DNA of 64,000 bases from Promethearchaeota archaeon (GTDB lineage: Archaea; Asgardarchaeota; Lokiarchaeia; Sigyniarchaeales; SOKP01), in the NCBI GenBank assembly GCA_008080735.1, contig SHMW01000002.1, positions 54,285-118,284 on the forward strand, in the 5' to 3' direction. The notes below the pieces were generated by a model, which was given only the letters and a program-made list of their open reading frames with translations, made no database searches and was not told the origin of the DNA. The translations under genes were made by a program, and so were the position numbers. Shown here in pieces: positions 42,304-51,999 of the stretch; position 1 is the first letter of the stretch, and the number at the start of each line of letters is the position of its first letter.

Positions 42304-42785
42304 CACAGAAAGCTATGTCCTTTAGGGAATGGATGAATGCGTGTAAAAATCGCTAAACTCAAGCAGGTGTACCCTTTTTATCCTATTTCATGTATTTATC
42401 TATAATGGAATATCGAAAAGACCCCCATAGAGTCTATTCCCTCATCTATGACCTAATCGTTATAGGAAAACGCCGTCATCCCGTGTGTATAAAAGAGACC
42501 AGGAGGAGTGAAGCTCTAAAAATTAGGGTTCTTGACTTATCACAGAATTTTGAGGGAAAGGTGGTGGAAATCGAATGTGGTACGCATCATCACCAGGATA
42601 AGAACACTTCTACTAATAGTAAGAAAGAGGGCTTACGCATCTTAGAGGAAAGAGGTATCACTGTCATTTCATGACCTACCATAGGGACTACGGGAAGTCA
42701 CGCTTGTGGAGATCGTATAAGACACCATTTAGATGCGTTCGGCAAGGAAGCAAGAATCACGCTCCTTTAGGGGCTGGTAGTTCAA
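42304..42785 (+). mobile_element. Internally deleted IS200/IS605-family element (tnpA'-'tnpB fusion, both ends retained)
   Basis: Left hairpin AAAGCTATGTCCTTTAGGGAATGGATG; right end GAATCACGCTCCTTTAGGGGCTGGTAGTTCAA; internal ORF joins TnpA and TnpB parts. Left boundary is approximate. Confidence 0.85.
42390..42674 (+). pseudogene. Chimeric TnpA N-terminus / TnpB C-terminus ORF
   Basis: HRVYSLIYDLIVIGKRR (Y1 TnpA start), then CGTHHHQDKNTSTNSKKEGLRIL (degenerate TnpB CG..HDRD.NAA.NI). Confidence 0.8.
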
Positions 42786-42805
42786 TTCAATTCTTTCAAA
42801 TTCTG
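42675..42805 (+). ncRNA. Putative TnpB omegaRNA (reRNA) scaffold plus flanking guide
   Basis: GGGACTACGGGAAGTCACGCTTGTGGAGA...GAAGCAAGAATC...right-end hairpin, lying where omegaRNA is encoded after tnpB; boundaries inferred. Confidence 0.55.
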
Positions 42806-42898
42806 AATATAATCATCATTAGTTTTTTTAATCTGATCGAATTTTGAAAGATTTAAGTATCAGAAGAGTCTATTATAATCCAATTATAGAATATTTTT

Positions 42899-44155
42899 TT
42901 GTATAACCTCAAGTTTGAGAAAATGTCTCCCCCGAGTGAATTAGTTAAAGCAATTTCGCAAGATGAGCAAATTATCTATTTTTCAGGACAACTAGAAAGT
43001 AAGCAAACTACACACAGTTATGTGAAACTGTCGTTAATTTTAGCTATTTTTCTGTTCATTACGTTCGAAATTACCTTCAATTTAACTTTCATTGACCAAT
43101 TTGATGAATGGTATGAATTGGTTTTTTTACTATTTCCGTTTCTCTTTTTTTTAATACCAATTGTATTGTATTTAAGCAGAGACAAAAATTACAAATATTT
43201 TGCAATAACTGATAATAATATTTATATTTTGGAGTATCAAAAATATCATAATCAATATGTTCCTAATGTGTATAAAATAACATTAAGCAGAATACGCGGA
43301 TTCTCATATCTCCCCTATAAGAAGGATAAGGACCTCGGAGGACTTCTACTCATAGAGGAGAACACTGAACGTCCTCCTAGGTATAAATCCGCAAAAAACA
43401 TTTATTCATTACCCAATATACCCCATTTCACCTCATTTCAAATTCTTTTCGAATCTTCTCTCTATGAATATGGGGAGATTGAAGAGAAGTGGAACAATCT
43501 AATTGCAAAGACCGGGCTGAAGGAGCCGATCGAAATTCATATCTCACAGACACGGTTAGATGAGATTAAATCACGCATTAAACGTTATATTATGTATTTG
43601 ATTGTTCTTCCAATAATATGCCTTCTTCCTCTATTCCTAAGATTTTTTCAAATTTCTCTTTTCAGCATCCTTGGGATAGGGTTAGAAATCATCATCTATA
43701 TCATATTAATGATTGTATCTGCATCAATTATAGGAATATATCTGTGGAATAGCTTTTATTATAAGGCAAGAGCCAAACCACAACACACTATATTAAGACT
43801 TGAGAAAAATAACATTTTTGTTGAACTTAATTCAGAGAAGTTAATCGAAAAAACAGATACTACATACATAGCTTATTCATCCTTAAGAGGAGTTTTATCG
43901 CTATTAAAATCTCAAAATATCTGGGAAGATTGGTACGATAGTATCGTGATTAAACCATCTTCCTCCTCAAAGAACAATTTTTTCTTTGGTCCAATAGAGA
44001 ATTTTTCATATAATTTCGAACTTACGCTTTATTATCTACTCCTCTCAAAAGCTCGGGAAGGAAGATTATTCGGAAAAAATAGAATTTTTGAATATAAAGC
44101 AGAGCAAGAAGAAATAATCGATTTTGAAGAGAAGATTCGTTTCCAAAAAAATTAA
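42899..44155 (+). CDS. Hypothetical membrane protein (two TM-hairpin plus soluble-domain units)
   Basis: Four TM helices; YFAITDNNIYI resembles bacterial PH-type domains. Confidence 0.65.
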   Translation: MYNLKFEKMSPPSELVKAISQDEQIIYFSGQLESKQTTHSYVKLSLILAIFLFITFEITFNLTFIDQFDEWYELVFLLFPFLFFLIPIVLYLSRDKNYKYFAITDNNIYILEYQKYHNQYVPNVYKITLSRIRGFSYLPYKKDKDLGGLLLIEENTERPPRYKSAKNIYSLPNIPHFTSFQILFESSLYEYGEIEEKWNNLIAKTGLKEPIEIHISQTRLDEIKSRIKRYIMYLIVLPIICLLPLFLRFFQISLFSILGIGLEIIIYIILMIVSASIIGIYLWNSFYYKARAKPQHTILRLEKNNIFVELNSEKLIEKTDTTYIAYSSLRGVLSLLKSQNIWEDWYDSIVIKPSSSSKNNFFFGPIENFSYNFELTLYYLLLSKAREGRLFGKNRIFEYKAEQEEIIDFEEKIRFQKN

Positions 44156-44278
44156 AAACGCCTTCAAATTTGGGCGATTAAAGAGGAGAATAATTGATTG
44201 GAAAAATTACACACAAAAGAAGACATATTAAAAAATCAGAATTCCTTTTAATAAAATATTGGAAAGAGATGATTATAT

Positions 44279-44806
44279 ATGAATGAGAATTCGAGGAGTT
44301 TAATTACTATTGGAGTTATTTCCGATACCCATATCCCCTCCCGCACTTCGGAAATCCCTCCACAAGTCATTGAAGAGTTTAGTAAGCGAAATATAGATTA
44401 TATCTTTCATCTGGGGGATTACACAGAACTGGACGTATATGAGCGGCTTAAAGAGAGGTTTGGTGAGGAAAAAGTTATTGGTATTTCCGGTAATATGGAT
44501 GGAAATGAGGTAAACAGTACTCTACCTACCAATCGAGAGTTGGAACTGATGGGTTATAAGATTTTTCTCACACACGGAACTGGCGGGCCGAATAGAATTA
44601 TCAAACGATTAAATCGAGACCATGATTTATCGAGCTATGATCTCGTGATCTTCGGGCATGTGCATAAACCAATCAATGAAAAACACGATGGAATCTTGTA
44701 CCTGAACCCAGGCACACCCACGGACAAACGTTTCGCGGATATCAATACCTTTGGGATTCTCACTCTTTCAAGGGAGGATATCGATTTTGAGATAATTGAA
44801 CTATAG
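44279..44806 (+). CDS. Metallophosphoesterase, YfcE/MJ0936/Vps29 family
   Basis: SDTH, HLGD, GNMD, THG, FGHVH, NPG. Confidence 0.92.
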   Translation: MNENSRSLITIGVISDTHIPSRTSEIPPQVIEEFSKRNIDYIFHLGDYTELDVYERLKERFGEEKVIGISGNMDGNEVNSTLPTNRELELMGYKIFLTHGTGGPNRIIKRLNRDHDLSSYDLVIFGHVHKPINEKHDGILYLNPGTPTDKRFADINTFGILTLSREDIDFEIIEL

Positions 44807-44980
44807 ATTTTCCAATAAAGTGTTGCTAATTGCCTATTTTGGGGTTTAAGAGAGATATTCTTGAAATGAGCAGTAGCCATCAGATTCAATAAGGGCTTCC
44901 AATCTCGATTATATAGACCTTATTCTTCTTTCATGAAGTTGGATAGAAATTAAGATTGTTTTACAGTTTTAGAGAGCGAG

Positions 44981-45230
44981 AAAATAAGAAAAAGAGGTAA
45001 AAAAATTGTGAATTCTTCTTAGGTTTTATCCATGGATTGTCTCGAGAGCTTCTTATAATGATTGAGGACTGCTTGGCGCGCTGCGTATACAAACCCTCAC
45101 TTTACGTTCACACCGGTAATCGCTATCGTCTCATAAATCAGTGTATCTCCTAACTTTGCAGTGTCTAACACCTGTCGAATCTTGAATACATCGACAATAT
45201 CTTCCAAATCCCGTTTATTGGCTAACACCA
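44981..45230 (-). pseudogene. Duplicated 3' end of the small GTPase gene (direct repeat of 47402-47651), with nonsense mutation
   Basis: 8 mismatches in 250 bp by eye; CGA>TGA at 45097-45099. Confidence 0.92.
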
Positions 45231-45920
45231 ATTTTGATTGGCAATTTTCTCACATAAACGGGCTAACCGAAGTCGTGCTTTCCGCGGTTTTTTGAGCCCT
45301 TTTTCTTACGAGAAACCCGTCGATGTAGCTTTTTAAGGGGTGCCTCTGAGGAGCGATAAAACCGAGGGTTCGAAAAGGTCTTTTCTTCCCCTACTAAGAA
45401 TTCAGACGCAGCCATATCAAAGGCGGCAATAGCATCGCGATGAACCTCTTTAAAGGGAGAGACTTCCAGCTCCTCCTCAATTAAAATAGACACGTAATAT
45501 TTTCCGCTCTTGGTTTTCGAAACGGTCACGTGGTTAATGGGCTCATAAAAGCTCCTATTATCCTTAAATCTTATCCAGGTCTTGATTTTTGGAAGCTTTA
45601 TTCGCTTCTTGCTAAAATCTATCTTAATGTTATTATTCATATTATAGGTGGTGTAGGTTTATGTATGCTTCTTTGATTTAAACCTCGGATATCCTACTTT
45701 CCGAGCTGCTTTTAAGCCTTTAAAAAAGTTCTGAAAGGCGTCTAATAGATGCCGGTGTCATCGATTGTAAGGCTTTACTATCGACATCTCTCATGAACTC
45801 AAATTCTTGCTTGTTCTCCTTTTCGGTTTTATATTTATGAGCTTTTAAGGCTTCAGAATCTTCTTTGAGCTGTTGATATACCCTGGTGCGTTCTGCTAAC
45901 AATTGATTCCATAAAAGAAG
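45231..45920 (-). pseudogene. tnpB: TnpB (IS605 family) N-terminal/central remnant, frameshifted, RuvC C-terminus missing
   Basis: LWNQLLAER, VDSKALQ, GYPRFKSK, KLPKI, TVSKTKSGKYYVSI, AFDM, RRVSRKKKGSKNR, then ARLRLARLCEKIANQ in a shifted frame. Confidence 0.88.
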
Positions 45921-46025
45921 TTATTCACAGCTTCAGTTTATATCCGCCCCAAGTCAACATCTGACTCTTTTCTCGCATCTCTTCTGACGCATGAGCCATA
46001 AAGGATAATATAGATAAACTTATCC

Positions 46026-46109
46026 CTATAAAACTTTTAAATCTTTTTTTAACTCTAACAAGATATCCTTCATCTCAATAATCAGGTTATTTTGTTCAAA
46101 AGATTTCAT
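46026..46109 (-). other. Micro-ORF A (27 aa) within an imperfect direct repeat
   Basis: MKSFEQNNLIIEMKDILLELKKDLKVL*; 46072-46131 is 48/60 identical to 47219-47278. Confidence 0.4.
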
Positions 46110-46232
46110 ATGTAATCATTTCCAATAAATATTATAAAAAATAGAATGCTTATCAAAATATCCTAATTTCAGAAAATATCTATTATAAAGAAATTTACGG
46201 AGATGATCTTCTTAGGATATAGGGAAACCCTT

Positions 46233-46538
46233 TTACTTCTTAAAAAAAGAATCCAAATAATCATATCCTTCTAGGAGATCGTCTTTATTAATTTTAGATT
46301 TAATCCCTAAATCCATAACTAAATCCATAAATTCTGATAATGGGATATTCGCAAGGTATGCCGCTTTCCCTATAGAGAACCTCCCTTCAGCATATCCTTT
46401 TATAGCTAAATAAATCGTACCATTAGTTAGCAGATTTCTAACAATTTCTGACTGTTCCTTACCCATTTCTGCAGCCATAAGATCAATTTGTCTCTCCAAA
46501 TTTTTATCTATTCGAACAGATATTACTTTACCCATCAT
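46233..46538 (-). CDS. UPF0175-type antitoxin with RHH N-terminus
   Basis: VISVRID...SEIVRNLL (RHH) and G.FSIGKAAYLA (HTH). Confidence 0.85.
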   Translation of the reverse strand: MMGKVISVRIDKNLERQIDLMAAEMGKEQSEIVRNLLTNGTIYLAIKGYAEGRFSIGKAAYLANIPLSEFMDLVMDLGIKSKINKDDLLEGYDYLDSFFKK

Positions 46539-46545
46539 TCTCCCC

Positions 46546-47055
46546 TTAATTTTTAATTTTATTTTTAAAATATTCTAAATCTTCTTGTTTATACCATCCT
46601 AAGGTTTGTAAGTTATTTAGTTTTCGAAGAGTTTTATTTTTAGTTGTTATATTTTGTAAAAAGCAACGATGAATAAACAATAGCGTAGTGAAATATTTTA
46701 TATCCAGAACTTTATATGCTTTTAAGGCTCTATAATCATCTGTGGCTAAGAAGTGTGCATTTTTCTCTAAATATAATATAATCGCTTCCGCTTCCCCCTC
46801 ATGGATATTGAAATCGCCCATAATTTTATTTCTTTCTTCTATATTTTTAATATCTTCAACTCTTATTTGTTTATCTTTAATGAATTTTTCAATCCGATAA
46901 GCATCAATTTTTTTCAATATTTTACCTACTTCCACGACTTCATCAAAAACCGCTTTAGGTATCTCAATTTTATCAAATAGTTGAGTTAACAAATTTATCA
47001 TTTCTAATTTCGATACTAATATTAAAAATGAAGAATCACAAACTAAAAATGGCAT
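46546..47055 (-). CDS. PIN-domain toxin (DUF3368/VapC-like)
   Basis: VCDSSFLI, IP.AVFDE, GEAEAI, ATDD. Confidence 0.88.
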   Translation of the reverse strand: MPFLVCDSSFLILVSKLEMINLLTQLFDKIEIPKAVFDEVVEVGKILKKIDAYRIEKFIKDKQIRVEDIKNIEERNKIMGDFNIHEGEAEAIILYLEKNAHFLATDDYRALKAYKVLDIKYFTTLLFIHRCFLQNITTKNKTLRKLNNLQTLGWYKQEDLEYFKNKIKN

Positions 47056-47071
47056 CTACTTAGCAATAAGA

Positions 47072-47099
47072 TGTTTACGTAAATTTACTTATGTAAACA
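47072..47099. promoter_or_regulatory. Inverted-repeat operator upstream of the TA operon
   Basis: TGTTTACGTAA-N6-TTATGTAAACA (10/11), ending 16 bp before the toxin start. Confidence 0.6.
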
Positions 47100-47175
47100 A
47101 GAAAATGTTAACAACAATATAATATGGATTTAAGACTTTAAGGATTTATATAAGTCCTCCTAAGTATATATCTTT

Positions 47176-47256
47176 CTATTCTCCCATCTTTGGTCTAATC
47201 TTTAAGATGATTTTCTTTATCTTAATAATCTGCTCGTTTAGCTCAAAAGATTTCAT
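47176..47256 (-). other. Micro-ORF B (26 aa) within an imperfect direct repeat
   Basis: MKSFELNEQIIKIKKIILKIRPKMGE*; paralog of micro-ORF A. Confidence 0.4.
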
Positions 47257-47439
47257 ATCCATTCATTTCAAATAGATACTCAAATATATTACTTTCTCTG
47301 ATAACTTCTTATTCTAATTAAAGGTGAGTATCTCTCTTTTTTTCTTTATTCTCAGAAATTGGAATAGAACTGAAGATTATTGTAAGATCTGAGAGTTTGA
47401 CAAAATAAGATAAAGAGGTAAAAAAATTGTGAATTCTTC

Positions 47440-48054
47440 TTAGGTTTTTTCCATGGATTGTCCTGAGAGCTTCTTATAATGATTGAGGACTGCTTGGCGC
47501 GCTGCGTATACAAACCCTCGCTTTACGTTCACACCGGTAATCGCTATCGTCTCATAAATCAGTGTATCTCCTAACTTTGCAGTGTCTAACACCTGTCGAA
47601 TCTTGGATACATCGACAATGTCTTCCAAATCCCGTTTGTTGGCTAACACCACCATTGGAACCTCTGGAGGCTCGCCGGGCCCTTTTGGAAGTAATTTATT
47701 ACCATAAAATTTTAACAGTTCTTTTAGGGACCATATATTTTCCTCCCATTGATCAATCAAGCTGTCCCATACAAAGATAATCGCATCCGTACCTTTTAAA
47801 ACCGTTTGCCTTTGGAACTTGTGCCTTCTCTGGCCTGCTACAGTATATACTTGGAAAACTACGTTGGAAACTTTTGCAACGACCCGATCAAAAAAGAGCG
47901 TTCGTCCAGTTGGGTCTTGAATTTGCTGCATATCGCCCGAAGCTAAACCTTCTTTATTATACACCCATTCAAGAGCCGTAGTCTTCCCACCTAAGGAAGG
48001 TCCATAGAAGCAGATTTTAAATACTAAAGTTCCATCTCCTCGACGACTTGGCAT
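47440..48054 (-). CDS. Small GTPase, MglA-like
   Basis: G1 GPSLGGKTT, RTLFFD switch I, G3 YTVAGQ, G4 NKRD, G5 TIA. Confidence 0.92.
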   Translation of the reverse strand: MPSRRGDGTLVFKICFYGPSLGGKTTALEWVYNKEGLASGDMQQIQDPTGRTLFFDRVVAKVSNVVFQVYTVAGQRRHKFQRQTVLKGTDAIIFVWDSLIDQWEENIWSLKELLKFYGNKLLPKGPGEPPEVPMVVLANKRDLEDIVDVSKIRQVLDTAKLGDTLIYETIAITGVNVKRGFVYAARQAVLNHYKKLSGQSMEKT

Positions 48055-48278
48055 GTAATTTACTAACCTTGATTTAAATTAATTTAACTTTTTTTATATT
48101 AAGAAGATAATAGTTATTGAATATAAAAATATGTATTCCAAAAAATTTTATGATTTAGACTCAAATGGATGAAACCTAAAGGTAGAAAAATTTTGAATAT
48201 TTTGAGAATTGCAGCAAAAGCCGAGAAATCAACCAACACTAATTTTTTGAAAAAGAGAATTAAATGTTATGGATTATT

Positions 48279-48392
48279 TCAATAATAGCTATTTTCAATG
48301 CTCTCCACCCACTCTTCTTGGTCTGAAGTGAGCTCGATATTGAATCCGATATGAATTTCGTGTAAATGTTTTAATTTGGTGATGGACGCGGG
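48279..48392 (-). pseudogene. C-terminal fragment of an LRR gene
   Basis: My translation PASITKLKHLHEIHIGFNIELTSDQEEWVESIENSYY* fits LPxSIxxLxxLxxLxLxxN. Confidence 0.7.
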
Positions 48393-49031
48393 TTAGACTT
48401 TTCAATGAAGAGGGCTTAGAAGGAGGAGGAGGAATGAAGAGGGCTTAGAAGGAATGGTTCCCAATACACCTCCTGGGCGACCATCTCGTCTTAGCGAGGA
48501 GCAAGAGGAACAATTACGTGAGGATATCTCCAAGCACCCCCGTGAATTAGGATATGAGTTTAGCAATTGGGAAGGGAAGAACGTTTCCCATCACATTGAA
48601 AAAGTCTTTGATATAGAGATAGGGGTTCGTCAGGTACAGAGAATCTTGCATAAACTCGGATTTTCGCTTCAACGACCCAAATATGTATTTCCTAAAGCAG
48701 ATCTGGATAAACAAAGAGAATTTAAAGAGAATTTTAAAAAAGTTTGGCTACTCTCGGAAAAGACGGCGTAGTTCTATTCCAAGATGAAGCTAGGGTCCAA
48801 TATTCGCCCACTATCACCAGAATGTGGGCATTGAAGGGACAAAAACCAGAAATCAACACATATGGTGGACGCTCCCGGCAGCACTTGATTAGGGCAGTTG
48901 ATCCTGGTTCAGGAAAAGTCCATGTAGTGTTCTCCAAAACGCTAAAAGCCGGACAATTTCAACATTTTTTAGAAGGTCTGCTTTTTAAATATAAGGATAA
49001 AGGAAATTGGAAAAATTCCTCTCAAGTGTAA
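48393..49031 (+). mobile_element. IS630-family transposase internal fragment (wHTH + DDE, -1 frameshift, both ends truncated)
   Basis: NEEGLEG..P...PGRP, LHKLGFSLQRP, AAAAAAG slippery site then VLFQDEAR; 21-bp duplication at 48404-48424 and 48433-48453. Confidence 0.88.
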
Positions 49032-49660
49032 GAGACGATCCTCCGATTTACCCTCTTCATACACGGTAAGCGGTTAGCTATCTTATAGGCTATTAACTTA
49101 AATTATATAATTCGCGCCCACTCTCCCGATGCGATGGCGAGTTATCCTTTTTTGATTTACTCGTTCTTATTATCTGACGTTTTGGATAGTGTTTTATCTC
49201 GTGAGTTACCTTATGATTTTATCTTTATAAACATTTCTGTTCGACACCTTGATTTGGGTTTCGACATGGCTCATTATTTGGATTTTGTAGAGATTTGGTT
49301 CTCAATTGAGCTCCCGAATATTTTGCTAAATCACAAAATTCATGGTTTTAAACTAACAAATGCTCGAGCACAAATCCGCACACTCTTTATGAAAAGATAG
49401 AGTATCTTCCACTTACTTCCCATCCTTTTTTACCTATGTTCATATGAAAGGAGTAGCAAATCGCTTTCAATGGTAAAAAATAAAAGCTTTATAGTAAAAA
49501 ATAAAAATTAGAAACGCATATTGAAGAATGAAAAGTTCAGTATCAAAGTCACAATGAAAATTTAAGACTTCACAATTTTAGTTTAAAAATACTATGTGCT
49601 AATTTATAGTAACCGAAACAATTTAGTTACCAAGTAAAAAATTTTAAGGAGCAATATTAC

Positions 49661-51418
49661 ATGAAGCGAACAATAAAAATCGCACTTATCGTGCTGGTTT
49701 GCGTGTGTGGGGTTATGCCCACGGGGATGATCGCGCCCGTGGCGGCACAGTCCCAAGACTCTGGGCTCGGCTTCGAGTTCAGTAGTGATATCGTGACTAA
49801 GACCTTTTCCATGTATAAAGAATATAATAATGAAACCTTTTCCTACAAATATAACGGGGTATCATTTCATGAGTTCACTTGGATTTACAACACCTATTGG
49901 GGAGAGGACGGCTATTTTCATGTTATAGAAATAACTGATGAAAGTGAGATAATACAATTTAATCACGAATATAACACCACAGTTTCCGGATATTTTCGAA
50001 CTGAGATGACACTCGATATGTATGAAGTCAAGATTACGTTCGGAGATTCTTACGAGATGAGGTTCTATGCCTTAAAGAACGGCTCGTTTTTTACCGAATA
50101 TTATCAAGATTATCGAGGAAATTCAATATATCGCTTTGATATTATTTATACCACTTATACCACAGTAGAGAAGATATATCTCAATGAAAATATGGAAACT
50201 CTTCTCAGCGAAGAGATAATCGACGTTGAAGAAGATGTTGGGTGGGGTGGTACTCCGGATGAGGATATACGTGTTCGTGATGATTTTAGGGTATTTTATT
50301 ATAACCAAACTGCATCGTTTGCGGCTCCGCTGGTAATGATAAACCAAATGTTTATCACACCGAATGGTCAAAAAGTCGCGTGGGGTGAGTTTATGTGGGA
50401 GATGATTGCCTTTAATGATAATAACAATGATGGGTATTATAGCGCCGATACGAATTTTTACGATGACCCGGAATTTGAGGAAAAAATCTTGCCATACATA
50501 CTCGATAGCTATGTCTATTATGATACTCCTGGAGACGAACCCATCAGAGAGATAGATCAATCCTTCCCGAATGATATGAGCGTCGCGGACGCATCATCAT
50601 TAATTAATTTTAAAAAGCCCACCCTTTCGAACGGCACTCTATCTTGGGGAGTTGATTATACACATTTTCCACTTATCGCGAACGGGACATTTGCCCTTAT
50701 TTTACCCGAAATTTCCTATGCAGATTCCTTGAAAGCCGATTATTCCTTCGATTTTGAATTTTTTCTCAATGAAGATGACACACAGTTGGATATCACCTCA
50801 GGATTTACGCTTACCAACTCATCTCAAACAGAATTTGCAATGCTGATGGATGGTATGAGTTTGTGTGTCCCGCAATATTCTTACTTGCTTTCATCAATGA
50901 AGATCGACCAACAATTTTCCGATGCGATAACACGAAAACAAGAGGTATTTGAATTCGAAGGGGAAAAAGGAATAGTATGCGAGATAGATATGAGCGGTCT
51001 CAAGGAACCCTACACCCTTTATAATCACTCGGATGAGAACAAGGCACTAATATATGATTGTGTGGGAGCAGGGGTGAGTAAGATCATCACCACCCCTATG
51101 CAAGGGGCAATAACCCCAGCAACTACTGATTATACACATTCATTCGAACACATGACGTTCTTACCCAACCTCGTATTTTCGGTAGGTGATCTGGTACAAG
51201 ATGATCCGCTTCTACGGGAAAGTTCGAACGCCAGTCGACTCCTCTCGATCGAGACAAAAAATTATCCAATCTGGTCGGGCAACTCGTTTTATCACGACCC
51301 ATCGCTCAAGGTCGACCTCGCCCCACAGCTCCCCTTGCTTGAGATCGGCATCGTACTCATCTGCGGAGTCATCGGGATAAGCGCGGTAGCCCTGCTCTAT
51401 CGTAAATTTAAAAAATAA
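49661..51418 (+). CDS. Secreted cell-surface protein with signal peptide and C-terminal TM anchor
   Basis: Signal peptide ending VAA; acidic Tyr/Thr-rich body; DNNNDG motif; TM helix plus YRKFKK tail. Confidence 0.8.
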   Translation: MKRTIKIALIVLVCVCGVMPTGMIAPVAAQSQDSGLGFEFSSDIVTKTFSMYKEYNNETFSYKYNGVSFHEFTWIYNTYWGEDGYFHVIEITDESEIIQFNHEYNTTVSGYFRTEMTLDMYEVKITFGDSYEMRFYALKNGSFFTEYYQDYRGNSIYRFDIIYTTYTTVEKIYLNENMETLLSEEIIDVEEDVGWGGTPDEDIRVRDDFRVFYYNQTASFAAPLVMINQMFITPNGQKVAWGEFMWEMIAFNDNNNDGYYSADTNFYDDPEFEEKILPYILDSYVYYDTPGDEPIREIDQSFPNDMSVADASSLINFKKPTLSNGTLSWGVDYTHFPLIANGTFALILPEISYADSLKADYSFDFEFFLNEDDTQLDITSGFTLTNSSQTEFAMLMDGMSLCVPQYSYLLSSMKIDQQFSDAITRKQEVFEFEGEKGIVCEIDMSGLKEPYTLYNHSDENKALIYDCVGAGVSKIITTPMQGAITPATTDYTHSFEHMTFLPNLVFSVGDLVQDDPLLRESSNASRLLSIETKNYPIWSGNSFYHDPSLKVDLAPQLPLLEIGIVLICGVIGISAVALLYRKFKK

Positions 51419-51598
51419 CCCATCCTTATTTTTTTCTATTCTCTTTTTGGACTACTTTTCAAGCTATAATGCAAGATACAACGCCCAGATGGAGTCGTTT
51501 AAATGAATCAATTCGTGGATAATTTCAGAAAGAAGTTTGAATACCCAGAGATTTAAGAGTAGATCATAGATGAGAGATGAAAAGAAGGGATGGGAGGG

Positions 51599-51687
51599 TG
51601 GCTCCTATCGTCCGAGGGGGGCTTTTTTGAGGGGTGTGGGCTCATTTTTGAAATTCTAAAGTCAACCAGCTGAGACGATAGGAACCA
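51599..51687. repeat. 89-bp element with 14-bp terminal inverted repeats
   Basis: TGGCTCCTATCGTC ... GACGATAGGAACCA (13/14). Confidence 0.5.
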
Positions 51688-51761
51688 TAGGTTTTATGAT
51701 TAGTATTATGCTTTCTCATTGCCCCTTTATAAATAGCAATGATATGAAACACGCATTATGT

Positions 51762-51997
51762 CTATTGAGGCGGATCCTTTCCAATATAATTATATTGGAT
51801 ATATCCTCGTTCCATATAATTCAGAGTAATCTCCAGCGTTTTGTTAGGGTTTTTGCCAAGAGAAAAAAGAACGATGGGACTGTTTTTATCTTTACTTCGA
51901 ATAATAAAGATTTCCTTTTTCACTGAATTATCTGTCTGCTTTAAAATCCGTACCTTTTCAATAATATCTTCTTGTTCAAAAGGAGGTGTATCCTCGG
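51762..51997 (-). pseudogene. Headless 3' fragment of an unknown gene
   Basis: Open frame TEDTPPFEQEDIIEKVRIL...YIGKDPPQ* starting abruptly at the LRR breakpoint. Confidence 0.45.
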
Positions 51998-51999
51998 TT

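Noticed and set aside
44912-44926. TATAGACCTTATTCT also present near 56665
   Set aside because: Only two AT-rich 15-mers with no consistent context; could be IS-end relics, but this is unsupported.
46026-47278. Integron attC cassette array
   Set aside because: The repeats lack recognisable attC R/L box palindromic structure and no IntI gene is present; kept only as an unexplained repeat.
44981-47651. DGR template/variable repeat pair
   Set aside because: Mismatches are not confined to adenines on one strand, one creates a stop codon, and there is no reverse transcriptase.
49134-49400. 88-aa ORF as a real gene
   Set aside because: No recognisable motifs; it lies in decayed sequence next to the IS630 fragment.
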